64,000 nt of DNA from Treponemataceae bacterium (GTDB taxonomy: Bacteria; Spirochaetota; Spirochaetia; Treponematales; Rectinemataceae). Position numbers and translations under genes: made by a program. The notes under the pieces were generated by a model that saw only the letters and a program-made list of their open reading frames with translations, was not told the DNA's origin and made no database searches. This document shows positions 8,498-17,993 of this stretch, one piece after another. The DNA is taken from contig CAXXGJ010000002.1 of NCBI GenBank assembly GCA_963677895.2, positions 64,001 through 128,000 of the forward strand, written 5' to 3'. How positions within the stretch are numbered: the stretch's first letter is position 1; each line of letters starts with the position of its first letter.

Positions 8498-9658
8498 ATG
8501 AAATACATCATCATCGGCAATGGAGCGGCGGGCATGGCCGCCGCCGAAGCGATACGCGATAAGGACCCCGAGGGCGAGGTTGTTATCTATACGAACGAGG
8601 ATCGGTACAACTATTCGCGCCCCAGGATCATCGAATATTTGAACGGAACTTTCCCCGGCGAGAAACTGACGATCAGGGGGAAGGAATTCTACGACAAGAA
8701 GAATCTGCGGCTCGTGAAGCCGGCATCGATCGAGTCCATCGATCCGCCTGCCCGCGCCGTGTCGCTTCGCGGCGGGGCCCTGGATCATTTCGACAGGCTC
8801 ATCATCGCGACCGGGGCTTCGGCCTTCAGGCCGCCCATCGAAGGCGCGGAGCTCGACTCCGTCTTCACGCTGAGGACGATCGACGACGCCGACAGAATCC
8901 TGGCCCGCTGCGCCGGCGGTAAAGAAGTCGTCGTTATAGGCGGCGGCCTTCTGGGAATCGAGACGGCGGCCAATCTCGCGAAGGCGGGCATGAAGACCAC
9001 CATTGTGGAAATGTTCGACCGACTCCTGCCCCGCCAGCTGGACGCAGAAGCCGCCTCGGTGCTCCAAACGATGCTCGAAAAAAGGGGCTTGCGCTTTCTT
9101 CTGGGGAAACAGACCTCGGCGATCCGGAAAAAGGGCGAGGTTTCGGCGCTGATCTTCCGCGACGGCTCGTCGATCGAAGCCGACATAATCATCTTTTCGG
9201 CCGGCATTGTGAGCAACGTCGAGCTTGCCCGCGGCGCGGGAATCCTCTGCGATCGGGGCATCGTCGTCGACGAACATATGGAGACCAATATTCCCGGCAT
9301 CTTCGCCGCCGGCGACGCCGCCCAGTTCCGGGGCAGGGTATACGGCCTTTGGCCTGTCGCCAGGGAGCAGGGCGGCATCGCCGGCCGCAACGCCGCGGGC
9401 GAAGAGGCGACGTACTCCGGCAGTCCCGTATCCGTCAAGCTCAAGGTGAGCGGGATCGAACTCGTTTCCTTGGGATCGATCGAGGCGGGCGAGGGCGTCT
9501 CCGTCGTGACGAAACGCGGCGATGAGCGCTTCAAGCGCCTTTTCCTGAAAGAGGGGCGGCTGGCCGGAGCCATTCTCATCGGCGACGTATCGGGCTTTGC
9601 AGGGCTTCAGAGACTCCTGATGTCAGGGGAAATTGTCGGGGAGCCTGAATCTTTATAA
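8498..9658 (+). CDS. NAD(P)/FAD-dependent oxidoreductase (NADH:rubredoxin oxidoreductase/NirB-like)
   Basis: IIGNGAAG, LIIATG, VIGGGLLGIE, IFAAGD. Confidence 0.85.
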   Translation: MKYIIIGNGAAGMAAAEAIRDKDPEGEVVIYTNEDRYNYSRPRIIEYLNGTFPGEKLTIRGKEFYDKKNLRLVKPASIESIDPPARAVSLRGGALDHFDRLIIATGASAFRPPIEGAELDSVFTLRTIDDADRILARCAGGKEVVVIGGGLLGIETAANLAKAGMKTTIVEMFDRLLPRQLDAEAASVLQTMLEKRGLRFLLGKQTSAIRKKGEVSALIFRDGSSIEADIIIFSAGIVSNVELARGAGILCDRGIVVDEHMETNIPGIFAAGDAAQFRGRVYGLWPVAREQGGIAGRNAAGEEATYSGSPVSVKLKVSGIELVSLGSIEAGEGVSVVTKRGDERFKRLFLKEGRLAGAILIGDVSGFAGLQRLLMSGEIVGEPESL

Positions 9659-9732
9659 TCCATACTCTGGCCTCGCCGTCCGGGGAGCATTATAATCGTG
9701 CTGAAAAGCATCGATTCCACAGGAGGATATTC

Positions 9733-10632
9733 ATGAAGAGAAGACTTTTCGCGATTCTGACCTTGGCGATATTCGCCGCCGCCAGCGTCTGGGCAGCGCC
9801 TGGAGTTTTCGGACCCTACGCCTTCAACGCGATCGCGGTGAGCGTTCCCTCCCGCGGCGTAAACATTCCCGCGCTGCTTACGCTTCCCCAAAAGGAAGGC
9901 AAGCTCCCCCTCGTCGTCATGGCCCATGGGCACGGCGGCAGCAAGGAAGAAAATGGCGGCTTCACTGCCATCGCCGAAGCGCTCGCGGTCCGCGGCGTGG
10001 CGAGCATCAGGATGGACTTCCCTGGCTGCGGCGCGAGCGCCGAATCCTTCACCGCGAATACCCTCACCAATATGCTCGCCGATATGGAAGCGGCGCGCGC
10101 CTACGCGGTGGGCCGGACGCAGATTGATCTCTCCAACATGGGCGTCTTCGGCTACAGCATGGGCGGTCGACTCGCGATCCTCTCAGCCTCGAAGGGCTAC
10201 CGCTCCCTGGGCCTCCTCGCGCCCGTAGGCACCGATGGCCCCGATGCGATGTATGTTTTCATGGGTGGGAAGGAAAAATACGCCGAATACGCCGCGAAAG
10301 CCAAGGCCGAAGGCCATGTGCTCTTCACGACTCCCTATGGTCAGATACAGGATCTGAGCGCGAAATGGTTCAGCGACAACGAAGCGGCCAAGGGTCTCGC
10401 CGCCGTGTCCGCGTTCACCGGTCCCATTCTCTTCGTGACGGGCAGCGCCGACACTATCATCCCGGCGCCCGTAATCCAGGCGACGGCTGGAGCGGCGGTG
10501 GCCAGCTCGTATATCGAGATCGTGCCCGTGGCCGGCGCCGACCACGGCTACGGCTTCTACGGCGGCGACTCCGCCCTCAAAGCCCAGACGGCCGAAGCGA
10601 TCGCCAGCTTCTTTGCCCTCACGCTGCGCTGA
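9733..10632 (+). CDS. Secreted alpha/beta hydrolase
   Basis: Signal peptide; HGHGG, GYSMGG nucleophile elbow, GADHGY. Confidence 0.85.
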   Translation: MKRRLFAILTLAIFAAASVWAAPGVFGPYAFNAIAVSVPSRGVNIPALLTLPQKEGKLPLVVMAHGHGGSKEENGGFTAIAEALAVRGVASIRMDFPGCGASAESFTANTLTNMLADMEAARAYAVGRTQIDLSNMGVFGYSMGGRLAILSASKGYRSLGLLAPVGTDGPDAMYVFMGGKEKYAEYAAKAKAEGHVLFTTPYGQIQDLSAKWFSDNEAAKGLAAVSAFTGPILFVTGSADTIIPAPVIQATAGAAVASSYIEIVPVAGADHGYGFYGGDSALKAQTAEAIASFFALTLR

Positions 10633-10724
10633 TCCGTAAACGGGGGGTCGCGGCGCTGATTAAGCCGCGGCCACCTTCGGAGCCGTTCTGGCGGACTGAG
10701 CAGCGGTTCCAGGCTGATCTTCAG

Positions 10725-11246
10725 TTATTCGCGCTCCTTGCCGCGATCGTGGCTGAGGAACAGCCCCATGCAGACGAGGTCCTCATATTCTCCCTTGAAT
10801 TTTCGTTTTTTCCTGAGGCAGCCTTCTTCGGTAAAGCCTGCTTTCATGTATAGGGCTCGGGCTGCCGTATTCGTTTCGAACACTTCGAGCTCCAGCTTCT
10901 CGAGGCCAAGCCTCATGGCCCCTTCGATGCAGGCACTCAAGAGCCTTTCGCCCAGCCCTTTGCCCCGGTGCTCCGCGGCTATGCCCATTCCGACGGTCGC
11001 CGTATGGCGTATCTCCTCGAAACCGCCGATATTGATGTCGATCCAGCCGACGAGCTCGCCGGAGTCGGTGTAGGCTCCAAGCATGGGATTGCCTGCTTCG
11101 TTGTGCGCTTCTATGTACTTTCTCGTACTTCCTGAGGGGAAACGCAGCGAGAAAAAGAGGTATTTCTCCTCGTCTTTTATCCTGTTGATGAGCGAAAAAA
11201 GAATGTCGGCATCATTGGGCGATACTGGTCTGATCTCATAGTTCAT
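10725..11246 (-). CDS. GNAT family N-acetyltransferase
   Basis: MNYEIRP start overlaps upstream stop; HRGKGLG, NTAARALYMKAGF. Confidence 0.85.
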   Translation of the reverse strand: MNYEIRPVSPNDADILFSLINRIKDEEKYLFFSLRFPSGSTRKYIEAHNEAGNPMLGAYTDSGELVGWIDINIGGFEEIRHTATVGMGIAAEHRGKGLGERLLSACIEGAMRLGLEKLELEVFETNTAARALYMKAGFTEEGCLRKKRKFKGEYEDLVCMGLFLSHDRGKERE

Positions 11247-12136
11247 GACGGCCTCCCCGCCGACCACAACATCTTGTTGTCTTCGAAGCCGTACCGAACC
11301 TTGCCTTCGTTTTTGAGGTAGGAAAGGAAGGAACGGAGCGTGCTGCCGGCGAGGACATATTGCCCATGATCCAGTCTTATCCCGTAGCGGCCCGATATTT
11401 CCGCGAAAAGGTCTTCGAAGATGAGAGGCTTTTCGAGCGCCTTCAGGATGCTGGCCTCGATCTTCTCGACCCTGTCCCTGTTCGCTTCGACGAGAGGATA
11501 GATGGAGTCGCACACTTCGCCGTGGGAAGGGACGAAATAGCGGGACTTTATGCCGCCTAACGTCTTTAAGCTTTTCTTGAACGCCTCGACGTCATAGATA
11601 AAGGGAATCTTGTATTTTTCCAGAATATTTTCCCCGAAAAGGCTGTCTCCCAGGTAGAAGACGCCGTCCTTCGTGAGAACGCCTATCATGTCGATGAAAT
11701 GGCCGGGCAGGGGAACGAAGGTGAGCGATTCCGTGCTGTCGCTTGGGCTGATCAATCGCGTAACCTTCGACGATTTGGCCTCGAAGAATTTGGAGCGCAG
11801 TTCCCTGAAGGGAAAACCGCCCCATAGAAGGCTGCTCTCGAGGTATGGATTTTCTATGAACGAAGATTCGCCCCGCGTGGCCCATATTTCGCAGCCCGTC
11901 ATCCCCTGCAGGTAATTGTTGGCGCCGATGTGGTCGGCGTTGGAGTGCGTGTTGATGATTGTCTTGAGGGACCAGGCCTTCTCGCCGAGGATCTTGAGGA
12001 TTCTCCTGCCCGCGTCCTTGTCGTTGCCCGAATCTATGAGCTGCGCCGCGCCCGCGTCGGCGTAAATGCCTATGTTCGTGGGGCCTGGAACGAGCCAGGA
12101 ATTGCCTTCGAGGTGAAGCAAAGGAAGATTGTCCAT
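11243..12136 (-). CDS. MBL-fold metallo-hydrolase
   Basis: LIDSG, THSNADHIG, LPGH, YLGD, VPSHG; RBS AGGAG before ATG 12136. Confidence 0.85.
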   Translation of the reverse strand: MDNLPLLHLEGNSWLVPGPTNIGIYADAGAAQLIDSGNDKDAGRRILKILGEKAWSLKTIINTHSNADHIGANNYLQGMTGCEIWATRGESSFIENPYLESSLLWGGFPFRELRSKFFEAKSSKVTRLISPSDSTESLTFVPLPGHFIDMIGVLTKDGVFYLGDSLFGENILEKYKIPFIYDVEAFKKSLKTLGGIKSRYFVPSHGEVCDSIYPLVEANRDRVEKIEASILKALEKPLIFEDLFAEISGRYGIRLDHGQYVLAGSTLRSFLSYLKNEGKVRYGFEDNKMLWSAGRPS

Positions 12137-12224
12137 GATGGCTCCTATGGCCGCCGCGTCTGGACTGTCCGGGAATCGCTTCCCGGGCAATCCAGATTCA
12201 AGCTTCTCTTCGCTTCAGTCCAGT

Positions 12225-14303
12225 TCACCCGAACAGGTGATACTGGGCGATGAGTGGGGCGAAGAGGCTGGAGACGAGGCTCATGACCGTGATGAGCGTA
12301 TTCAGGGAAGGACCGGCCGTATCCTTGAAGGGGTCGCCGACGGTGTCGCCGACCACGGCGGCCTTGTGCGCTTCGGATCCAGGTCCGCCGCAGTTGCCCG
12401 CTTCGATATATTTCTTGGCGTTGTCCCAGAGTCCGCCGGCGTTGGACATCAGAAGGGCGAAGACGACGCCGGTGAATATGGCGCCGCCGAGGAAGCCACC
12501 CAGAGCGGTCGGTCCCAGGACGAAGCCTACCACGAGGGGAAGGACGACGGCGAGCAGGGCCGGGAACACGAGGGCGCGAAGGGCTCCCGAGGAAGCTATG
12601 CCGACGCAGCGCGAGTAATCCGGGAGTTCGGTGCCGGCGAGAATGCCCGGCTTTGCCTTGAACTGGCGGCGGATTTCCTCGATCATCGTGAAGGCGTTGC
12701 GCGTCACCGCGAGCATGGTCAGGGCGCTGAAGAGCGGCGGGACGATGCAGCCAAGGAATATGCCGCTAAGGACTATCGGGTCCTGCAGGTTCATGAGGAA
12801 GCTTCCGCCCGAGTATTTGACGATGACTTCCGAATAGGCTGCGTACATCGCGAGGACGGTGAGGGCGGCCGCGCTGATGGAGAAGCCTTTCGTGATGGCC
12901 TTGGCCGTATTGCCGGCCGAGTCCAGGACGTCCGCGGTGTCCACTACCTCGTGGCTCATGCCGGACATCTCGGCGATGCCCTTGGCGTTGTCGACGATGG
13001 GGCCGTAGGCGTCGTTCGAAACGACGATGCCGGTGAGGGAGAGCATGCCGACCGCGGCTATGCCGACGCCGTAGATCCCGGGCAGGCCGAAAGCCTGGGC
13101 CGAGAAATAGGAGGTGAGGGTCGCGATTACTATGCCGATGAGGGCGGGCGCTATGGAGATGAGGCCGTAGCTGAAGCCCGTGATGATCGTGAGTCCGGTA
13201 CCCGAGGCGGAAATTTCGGCGACGTTGCGCACGGGTCTGTATTCATCGTTCGTGAAATAGTCGGTGGTGAAGCCGATGATCACGCTGATGACGAGGCCGG
13301 AAATCGTCGCGATGAGGGCTCCGTAATTGAAGACCGTTTCGCCCGCCAGAGCGTTCACGACGACGAAGAGAATGGTCGCGAGCACGCAGAATACCACGCA
13401 GGAGAAAACCGTCCCGAAGTTGAGCGCCTTGCCGGGTTTGCCGTCGGGTCCCACCTTGACGAACTGGAGCCCTATCAGGGCGCTGACGATACCGACGATG
13501 CAGAGGATGAGGGGGAGTATGGCGTACTGCATGCCTATCGTTCCGGCCGCCGCGAAGGAGGTGCCGAGGAGCATGGAGGCTACGGTCGCCGCCACGTAGG
13601 AGTCGAAGATGTCGGCGCCCATGCCGGCCACGTCGCCCACGTTGTCGCCGACGTTGTCGGCGATGACGGCTGGGTTGCGCGGGTCGTCTTCGGGAATGCC
13701 GAGCTCTACCTTGCCCGTCAGGTCGGCCGCGATGTCGGCCGTCTTCGTGTAGATTCCGCCTCCGGCTTTCGCGAGCAGGGCGAGGGAGGAAGCGCCGAAG
13801 CTGAATCCGAGCACGATTTCAGCGTCATGGAAGATCAGGTACAGGAGGCTCATGCCGAAGACGGCTACGCCGACCATCGCCAGGCCCATGACCGCGCCCG
13901 CCTTGAAGGCTACGTTGAATCCCTGTCCGAGGCTTCGTCCGCAGGCCGTGGCCGTCCTGACGTTCGCCTTGACGGCGATCGACATGCCAAGCCAGCCGGC
14001 GAGCGCTGAGCAGAGCGCCCCAAACCCGAAGGCGGCGGCGGTGTAGACGCCATGGAGGGGCCGTTCCGGATCGCCGGAGAAGATGACCCCCAGGACGACG
14101 ACGAGGACCACGGCGACGGCGATGAGCGCGCGATACAACATTTTGAGGTAGGTGGACGCGCCGTCCTTGATCCATGATGCGATTTGCACTGCCTTCTCGG
14201 TTCCTGGTTCCTGACGGAAAACCCAGCGGTAGTACACCAGAGCCGCGGCGATGGAGCCCAAGCCGCAGCCAATGCCAATGTAGAGCCAAAGATCACTATT
14301 CAT
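12225..14303 (-). CDS. hppA: Membrane-bound ion-translocating pyrophosphatase, K+-independent signature
   Basis: GGGIYTKTADIAADLTGKVE, EDDPRN, DNVGDNVGD, GNTAKAITKG, GDTVGDPFKDT. Confidence 0.95.
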   Translation of the reverse strand: MNSDLWLYIGIGCGLGSIAAALVYYRWVFRQEPGTEKAVQIASWIKDGASTYLKMLYRALIAVAVVLVVVLGVIFSGDPERPLHGVYTAAAFGFGALCSALAGWLGMSIAVKANVRTATACGRSLGQGFNVAFKAGAVMGLAMVGVAVFGMSLLYLIFHDAEIVLGFSFGASSLALLAKAGGGIYTKTADIAADLTGKVELGIPEDDPRNPAVIADNVGDNVGDVAGMGADIFDSYVAATVASMLLGTSFAAAGTIGMQYAILPLILCIVGIVSALIGLQFVKVGPDGKPGKALNFGTVFSCVVFCVLATILFVVVNALAGETVFNYGALIATISGLVISVIIGFTTDYFTNDEYRPVRNVAEISASGTGLTIITGFSYGLISIAPALIGIVIATLTSYFSAQAFGLPGIYGVGIAAVGMLSLTGIVVSNDAYGPIVDNAKGIAEMSGMSHEVVDTADVLDSAGNTAKAITKGFSISAAALTVLAMYAAYSEVIVKYSGGSFLMNLQDPIVLSGIFLGCIVPPLFSALTMLAVTRNAFTMIEEIRRQFKAKPGILAGTELPDYSRCVGIASSGALRALVFPALLAVVLPLVVGFVLGPTALGGFLGGAIFTGVVFALLMSNAGGLWDNAKKYIEAGNCGGPGSEAHKAAVVGDTVGDPFKDTAGPSLNTLITVMSLVSSLFAPLIAQYHLFG

Positions 14304-14381
14304 ACTATCCTTTCAGGCTTTCGCGTATTTCTCCAGCGCTTTGTCTCGTGAGGCGGCGGAGCCGGCGAAAACCTTATGTTC

Positions 14382-15146
14382 TCAAATAGTCGCGGATTTC
14401 CACCAGAGATAGTTGGTCTCTTTGAGGGTGTCCATGGACGGGAGCGAATAGGCGGCTAAGCCTTCGGTCTTATTGCCGATATAGAGGCCGTTCTTTATCG
14501 TGCGATAGGAAAAAGTGCCTGGATGGAGCCTGTCGACCACTTTTGCCGCCACTTCCTTGCTTTTGACCTGTTCGAGGCAGGAGCGAAGATGACTGGTGTT
14601 GTCGTAGGGCAGATCTCCGAGCGAGCCATTCAGCGGGTCAGTGGCCAGGTCTCCCAGCCGAAGTTCGACGAAAGTGATGGCCGGTATGCTGAGAGGAGTA
14701 TCCGATCCTCCGCAGAGGAGCCTGAAAAATGGTTCGGGTCCCAACCTGGAAACGACGAGAGGCCTGACGGGAGCGAGTTCGTGATAGAGATGGAGCCCCT
14801 CGCTCGAATCGGCTTTTTCGGCGCTGCGCTGGATGCCGAGCGTCCTCCCGTCTTTTGTGACGAGATACAAGGTGCCGATGGCGGTAAGCGGGACTCTCTC
14901 GAGCACCCTGTATACCGAGGCGTAGACGGTATGTTTAGGCTGGCCGTCCGCATGGGGAACGCAGCGGGCTAGGGCTGTCTCGATGGGGATGTCGGCGTGC
15001 CTGAAGGCGGGATCCACCTCGAAAAAGACCGCCTGGCCCTGCGTCGTATGTTCGGCGCCGACGGCGTAATAATTTCCGAATTCTTCTGGACTCAGCATCG
15101 ACGCGATAAGCGCTTCCGGCATGAGCGAAAGATATAGGTGACGCAT
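14382..15146 (-). CDS. Hypothetical protein
   Basis: 254-aa ORF with GGAGG RBS (LYLSLMPEALIASMLSPEEFGNYYAVG); no family recognised. Confidence 0.7.
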   Translation of the reverse strand: MRHLYLSLMPEALIASMLSPEEFGNYYAVGAEHTTQGQAVFFEVDPAFRHADIPIETALARCVPHADGQPKHTVYASVYRVLERVPLTAIGTLYLVTKDGRTLGIQRSAEKADSSEGLHLYHELAPVRPLVVSRLGPEPFFRLLCGGSDTPLSIPAITFVELRLGDLATDPLNGSLGDLPYDNTSHLRSCLEQVKSKEVAAKVVDRLHPGTFSYRTIKNGLYIGNKTEGLAAYSLPSMDTLKETNYLWWKSATI

Positions 15147-15237
15147 ATGGCCTCCATTTTTTCGGAATTTTGCAGATTATAATCCCATATCCCGAAGCGC
15201 GCAATGTATGCCATAATTTTAAAAAATCAATTAATAT

Positions 15238-16014
15238 TCATTTTTTGAGATTCGCCTTCATTTCCGGCAGAAAGCGCCAGTATTTCTTGGGCATATGCCC
15301 CGACTGGACGCGCGGATTCCTGCGCTGCGCTATCGCCACGGTATCGAAGTAATGAATCCACCCCGATCTTACGGTCATTTCCCGTTCCGAAAAAGGCGGT
15401 TCATCCCCCGGCGCGAGGGAGAACCCTTCGACCATTTCCCAGGGAGCGCCTGGAGCGTAAAGAATCGCCATGCCGCGTTTCCTGTCGTGGATGGCAAACC
15501 TCATATCCGCGTAGCGGGCGGCGAAATGGTCGCCGATCAGGGGAAGGATGTCGCAGTCTGGCTCTATGGGCGCGTACCAGGAACCATCGGCCAGCTCGGA
15601 GAACCTGATCAGCCCCGTGACGAGATGGGCCTGAGCTTTCGTGCGCAAGGCGGCCTTTACCACGAAGCATATATCGGCATCGCCCATGTTTTCCAGGGCT
15701 TTTCCGCCCTCGCTGGATATTCTCGCGAGAGTTCGGGCGATGGCGTTTTCCTTATCAGGCGCGTCGGAGCAGAAGGCTTCCAGGCAGGTGCGCAGGGCCG
15801 CTTCGCCGGCTTTGCGGGAAAGGCGCCTCCAGAGCAGCGTCGCTCGCGCCTTGTCGCTTGGAACGGTTATGGTTTCGTCGAAGAGTTCCTCGATCGATGA
15901 GGGACCGCGGATGGAAGGCAGGGGGAAGCCCGAACGCGAAGCATTGATCAGCTCGGCGGCGGCGCAGAGGAAACCGGGAAAACCGCCGTCATAATTCAGG
16001 ACGACGGAGTTCAT
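15238..16014 (-). CDS. TIGR03915/DUF4130 putative DNA repair protein
   Basis: YDGGFPGFLC, GLIRF, HFAARY, IHDRKR, RRNPRVQSGHMPKKYW; coupled to radical SAM gene. Confidence 0.85.
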   Translation of the reverse strand: MNSVVLNYDGGFPGFLCAAAELINASRSGFPLPSIRGPSSIEELFDETITVPSDKARATLLWRRLSRKAGEAALRTCLEAFCSDAPDKENAIARTLARISSEGGKALENMGDADICFVVKAALRTKAQAHLVTGLIRFSELADGSWYAPIEPDCDILPLIGDHFAARYADMRFAIHDRKRGMAILYAPGAPWEMVEGFSLAPGDEPPFSEREMTVRSGWIHYFDTVAIAQRRNPRVQSGHMPKKYWRFLPEMKANLKK

Positions 16015-17489
16015 CCCGCGGCGTCCTTTATTGATTCGCTTTCCCAAGGCAGGTCGAGCTGCATGGATGGATCCTCCCTGAACGCCGGATCCAGAAGGGC
16101 GCGGCGCAGCATCTCCGGATTCTCCAGCATTCCCCCTCCCCGGTACGCGCCCTCATTGTCAGGCAACCTGCCCGACACCGTGATGAACCATTTCGCCCGC
16201 CTCATGACCACGCCCAGACGGGAGAGGGATGAAGCCTTGATGGAGGACTGTTTCCTGGCCTTCAGGATGCGCATGGCCGACTTGGGGCCGATCCCCGGCA
16301 CGCGCAGGAGTTCCTTGTAATCGGCTGTCGATAGCTCCACGGGAAAAAACTGAATGTTGCGAAGCGCCCAAGAGCTCTTGGGGTCCATGTTTTGGTCCAG
16401 GAAGGGGTGGGATGAATCCAGGATTTCCGAGGCTTCGAAACCGTAGAAGCGGAAAAGCCAGTCGGCCTGGTAAAGCCTGTGCTCTCTCGCGAGCGGGGGT
16501 CTGGCGACGACGGGAAGCCTCGGATCCGTCCCTGTCGGTATGAACGCCGAGTAATAGACCCGTCTGACATCGTAGGCCAGGTAGAGATTCTCGGCGAGGG
16601 TGAGAATGGTGGCATCGGATTCGGGGCTGGCTCCGACCACCAGCTGCGTCGTCTGCCCGGCGGGCATGAGCGGGGCCTCCGGGTTTCGCGTCCGGGTCTT
16701 CCTCGCGTCGAATACGCTGATTCCCCTCGACAGGTCGCGGTCGGCTGGCTTCAGGTCCCGAGCACTGGGTTTAATATAGGGGATGAGGGAGCTGTCGCCG
16801 GCTGGAGCTTGGGCCGAGGCCCCGACAGGGGCTCCGCCCTGCGCGGCCGCCAGGGCGGTCGGGTTTGTCGCGGACGCGATCTGCGGCGGTTCGAAGCCGC
16901 CGGCCTTCGCGAGCGCTCGCATGGGACCGAAAATCGCTTTGGGCGTCTTGTCCGGCGCTATTCTCGAAAGGCTGGCCGCGCTCGGCAGCTCTATGTTCAC
17001 CGAAACCCTGTCCGCCCATCTGGCCGCTTCGAGGACAAGCCTTTCCGAGGCGCCGGGTATCACCTTGAGATGGATATAGCCGTTGAAACGCTCCCTGGTC
17101 CTCAAGGTCCTGGCGACCCAGATCAGGCGTTCCATCGTCGCGTCCGGGCAGCCGATTACGCCCGATGAAAGAAAAGTGCCTTCAATATAGTTGCGGCGAT
17201 AGAAGTCGATGATGAGCCGGACGAGTTCCTCGGGCTCGAAAGCCGCCCGCCTGACATCGTTCGAGCGTCTGTTTACGCAATAGGCGCAATCATAGGCGCA
17301 GGCGTTGGAAAGCAGCACCTTGAGGAGGGCGACGCAGCGTCCGTCGGATGCCCAGGAGTGGCAAATGCCGCCGACGGCGCCGTTGCCCAGACCTCCCGGG
17401 GTGTTTTTTCGCCCGCTTCCCGAGGTGGAACAGGAAGCGTCATATTTGGCGGCGTCGGCCAGGACGCCGATTTTATCGTTTACGTTCAT
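16011..17489 (-). CDS. Putative DNA modification/repair radical SAM protein (TIGR03916-type) with HhH
   Basis: AAKYDASC, GICHSW, CAYDCAYC, REHRLYQADWL, LRVPGIG. Confidence 0.9.
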   Translation of the reverse strand: MNVNDKIGVLADAAKYDASCSTSGSGRKNTPGGLGNGAVGGICHSWASDGRCVALLKVLLSNACAYDCAYCVNRRSNDVRRAAFEPEELVRLIIDFYRRNYIEGTFLSSGVIGCPDATMERLIWVARTLRTRERFNGYIHLKVIPGASERLVLEAARWADRVSVNIELPSAASLSRIAPDKTPKAIFGPMRALAKAGGFEPPQIASATNPTALAAAQGGAPVGASAQAPAGDSSLIPYIKPSARDLKPADRDLSRGISVFDARKTRTRNPEAPLMPAGQTTQLVVGASPESDATILTLAENLYLAYDVRRVYYSAFIPTGTDPRLPVVARPPLAREHRLYQADWLFRFYGFEASEILDSSHPFLDQNMDPKSSWALRNIQFFPVELSTADYKELLRVPGIGPKSAMRILKARKQSSIKASSLSRLGVVMRRAKWFITVSGRLPDNEGAYRGGGMLENPEMLRRALLDPAFREDPSMQLDLPWESESIKDAAG

Positions 17490-17532
17490 GTATACTAAAC
17501 ATAAGTTTAGTATACATGAAAGCGACTGTCAA
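17485..17532 (-). promoter_or_regulatory. Sigma70 promoter overlapped by a perfect 16-bp inverted repeat (operator candidate)
   Basis: TTGACA(17532-17527)-17nt-TAAACT(17509-17504); IR TTCATGTATACTAAAC-ATAA-GTTTAGTATACATGAA. Confidence 0.75.
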
Positions 17533-17975
17533 CGATTGTCGTCCAGCTTCGCTTCGAATACGAACTGTTCCTTGACCTTCAGGAATCCTTCCCTTCCGTA
17601 GAAACGATGGGCATCCTCGCGTATGACATTCGCTCGCAGGCGGACAATGCCCAGATGTTTGGCTTTCGTCCATTTTTTCACTTCGCCCATGAGCGACGCG
17701 CCGATGCCGGCGCTTCGGTGCTTCGAGTCGACGACGAAACCCGAAATTTCGACATAGGCAGGCGTGTAAAAATGGTCAATGACGCCTACGCTCGTCCAGC
17801 CGACAACCTGGCCGGAAAGCTCAGCGACCATGACCCGTTCATCGGGATTGCCGGCATATCTCCGGAGACCTGCCTGAACCGAGTCGATCGAGGCGGGATA
17901 GCCAAGCTGGGCGGCGAGATCGGCAAGGGATGCGGCATCGGCGCCGGTCGCGTCCCTGATGGTCAGAGTATTCAT
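17529..17975 (-). CDS. GNAT family N-acetyltransferase
   Basis: QLGYP, HRSAGIG, AHRFYGREGF. Confidence 0.85.
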   Translation of the reverse strand: MNTLTIRDATGADAASLADLAAQLGYPASIDSVQAGLRRYAGNPDERVMVAELSGQVVGWTSVGVIDHFYTPAYVEISGFVVDSKHRSAGIGASLMGEVKKWTKAKHLGIVRLRANVIREDAHRFYGREGFLKVKEQFVFEAKLDDNR

Positions 17976-17993
17976 TGTAGGTTCCTTCCCTCG

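Noticed and set aside
12129..14009. 626-aa plus-strand ORF
   Set aside because: Antisense to hppA, no recognisable domain
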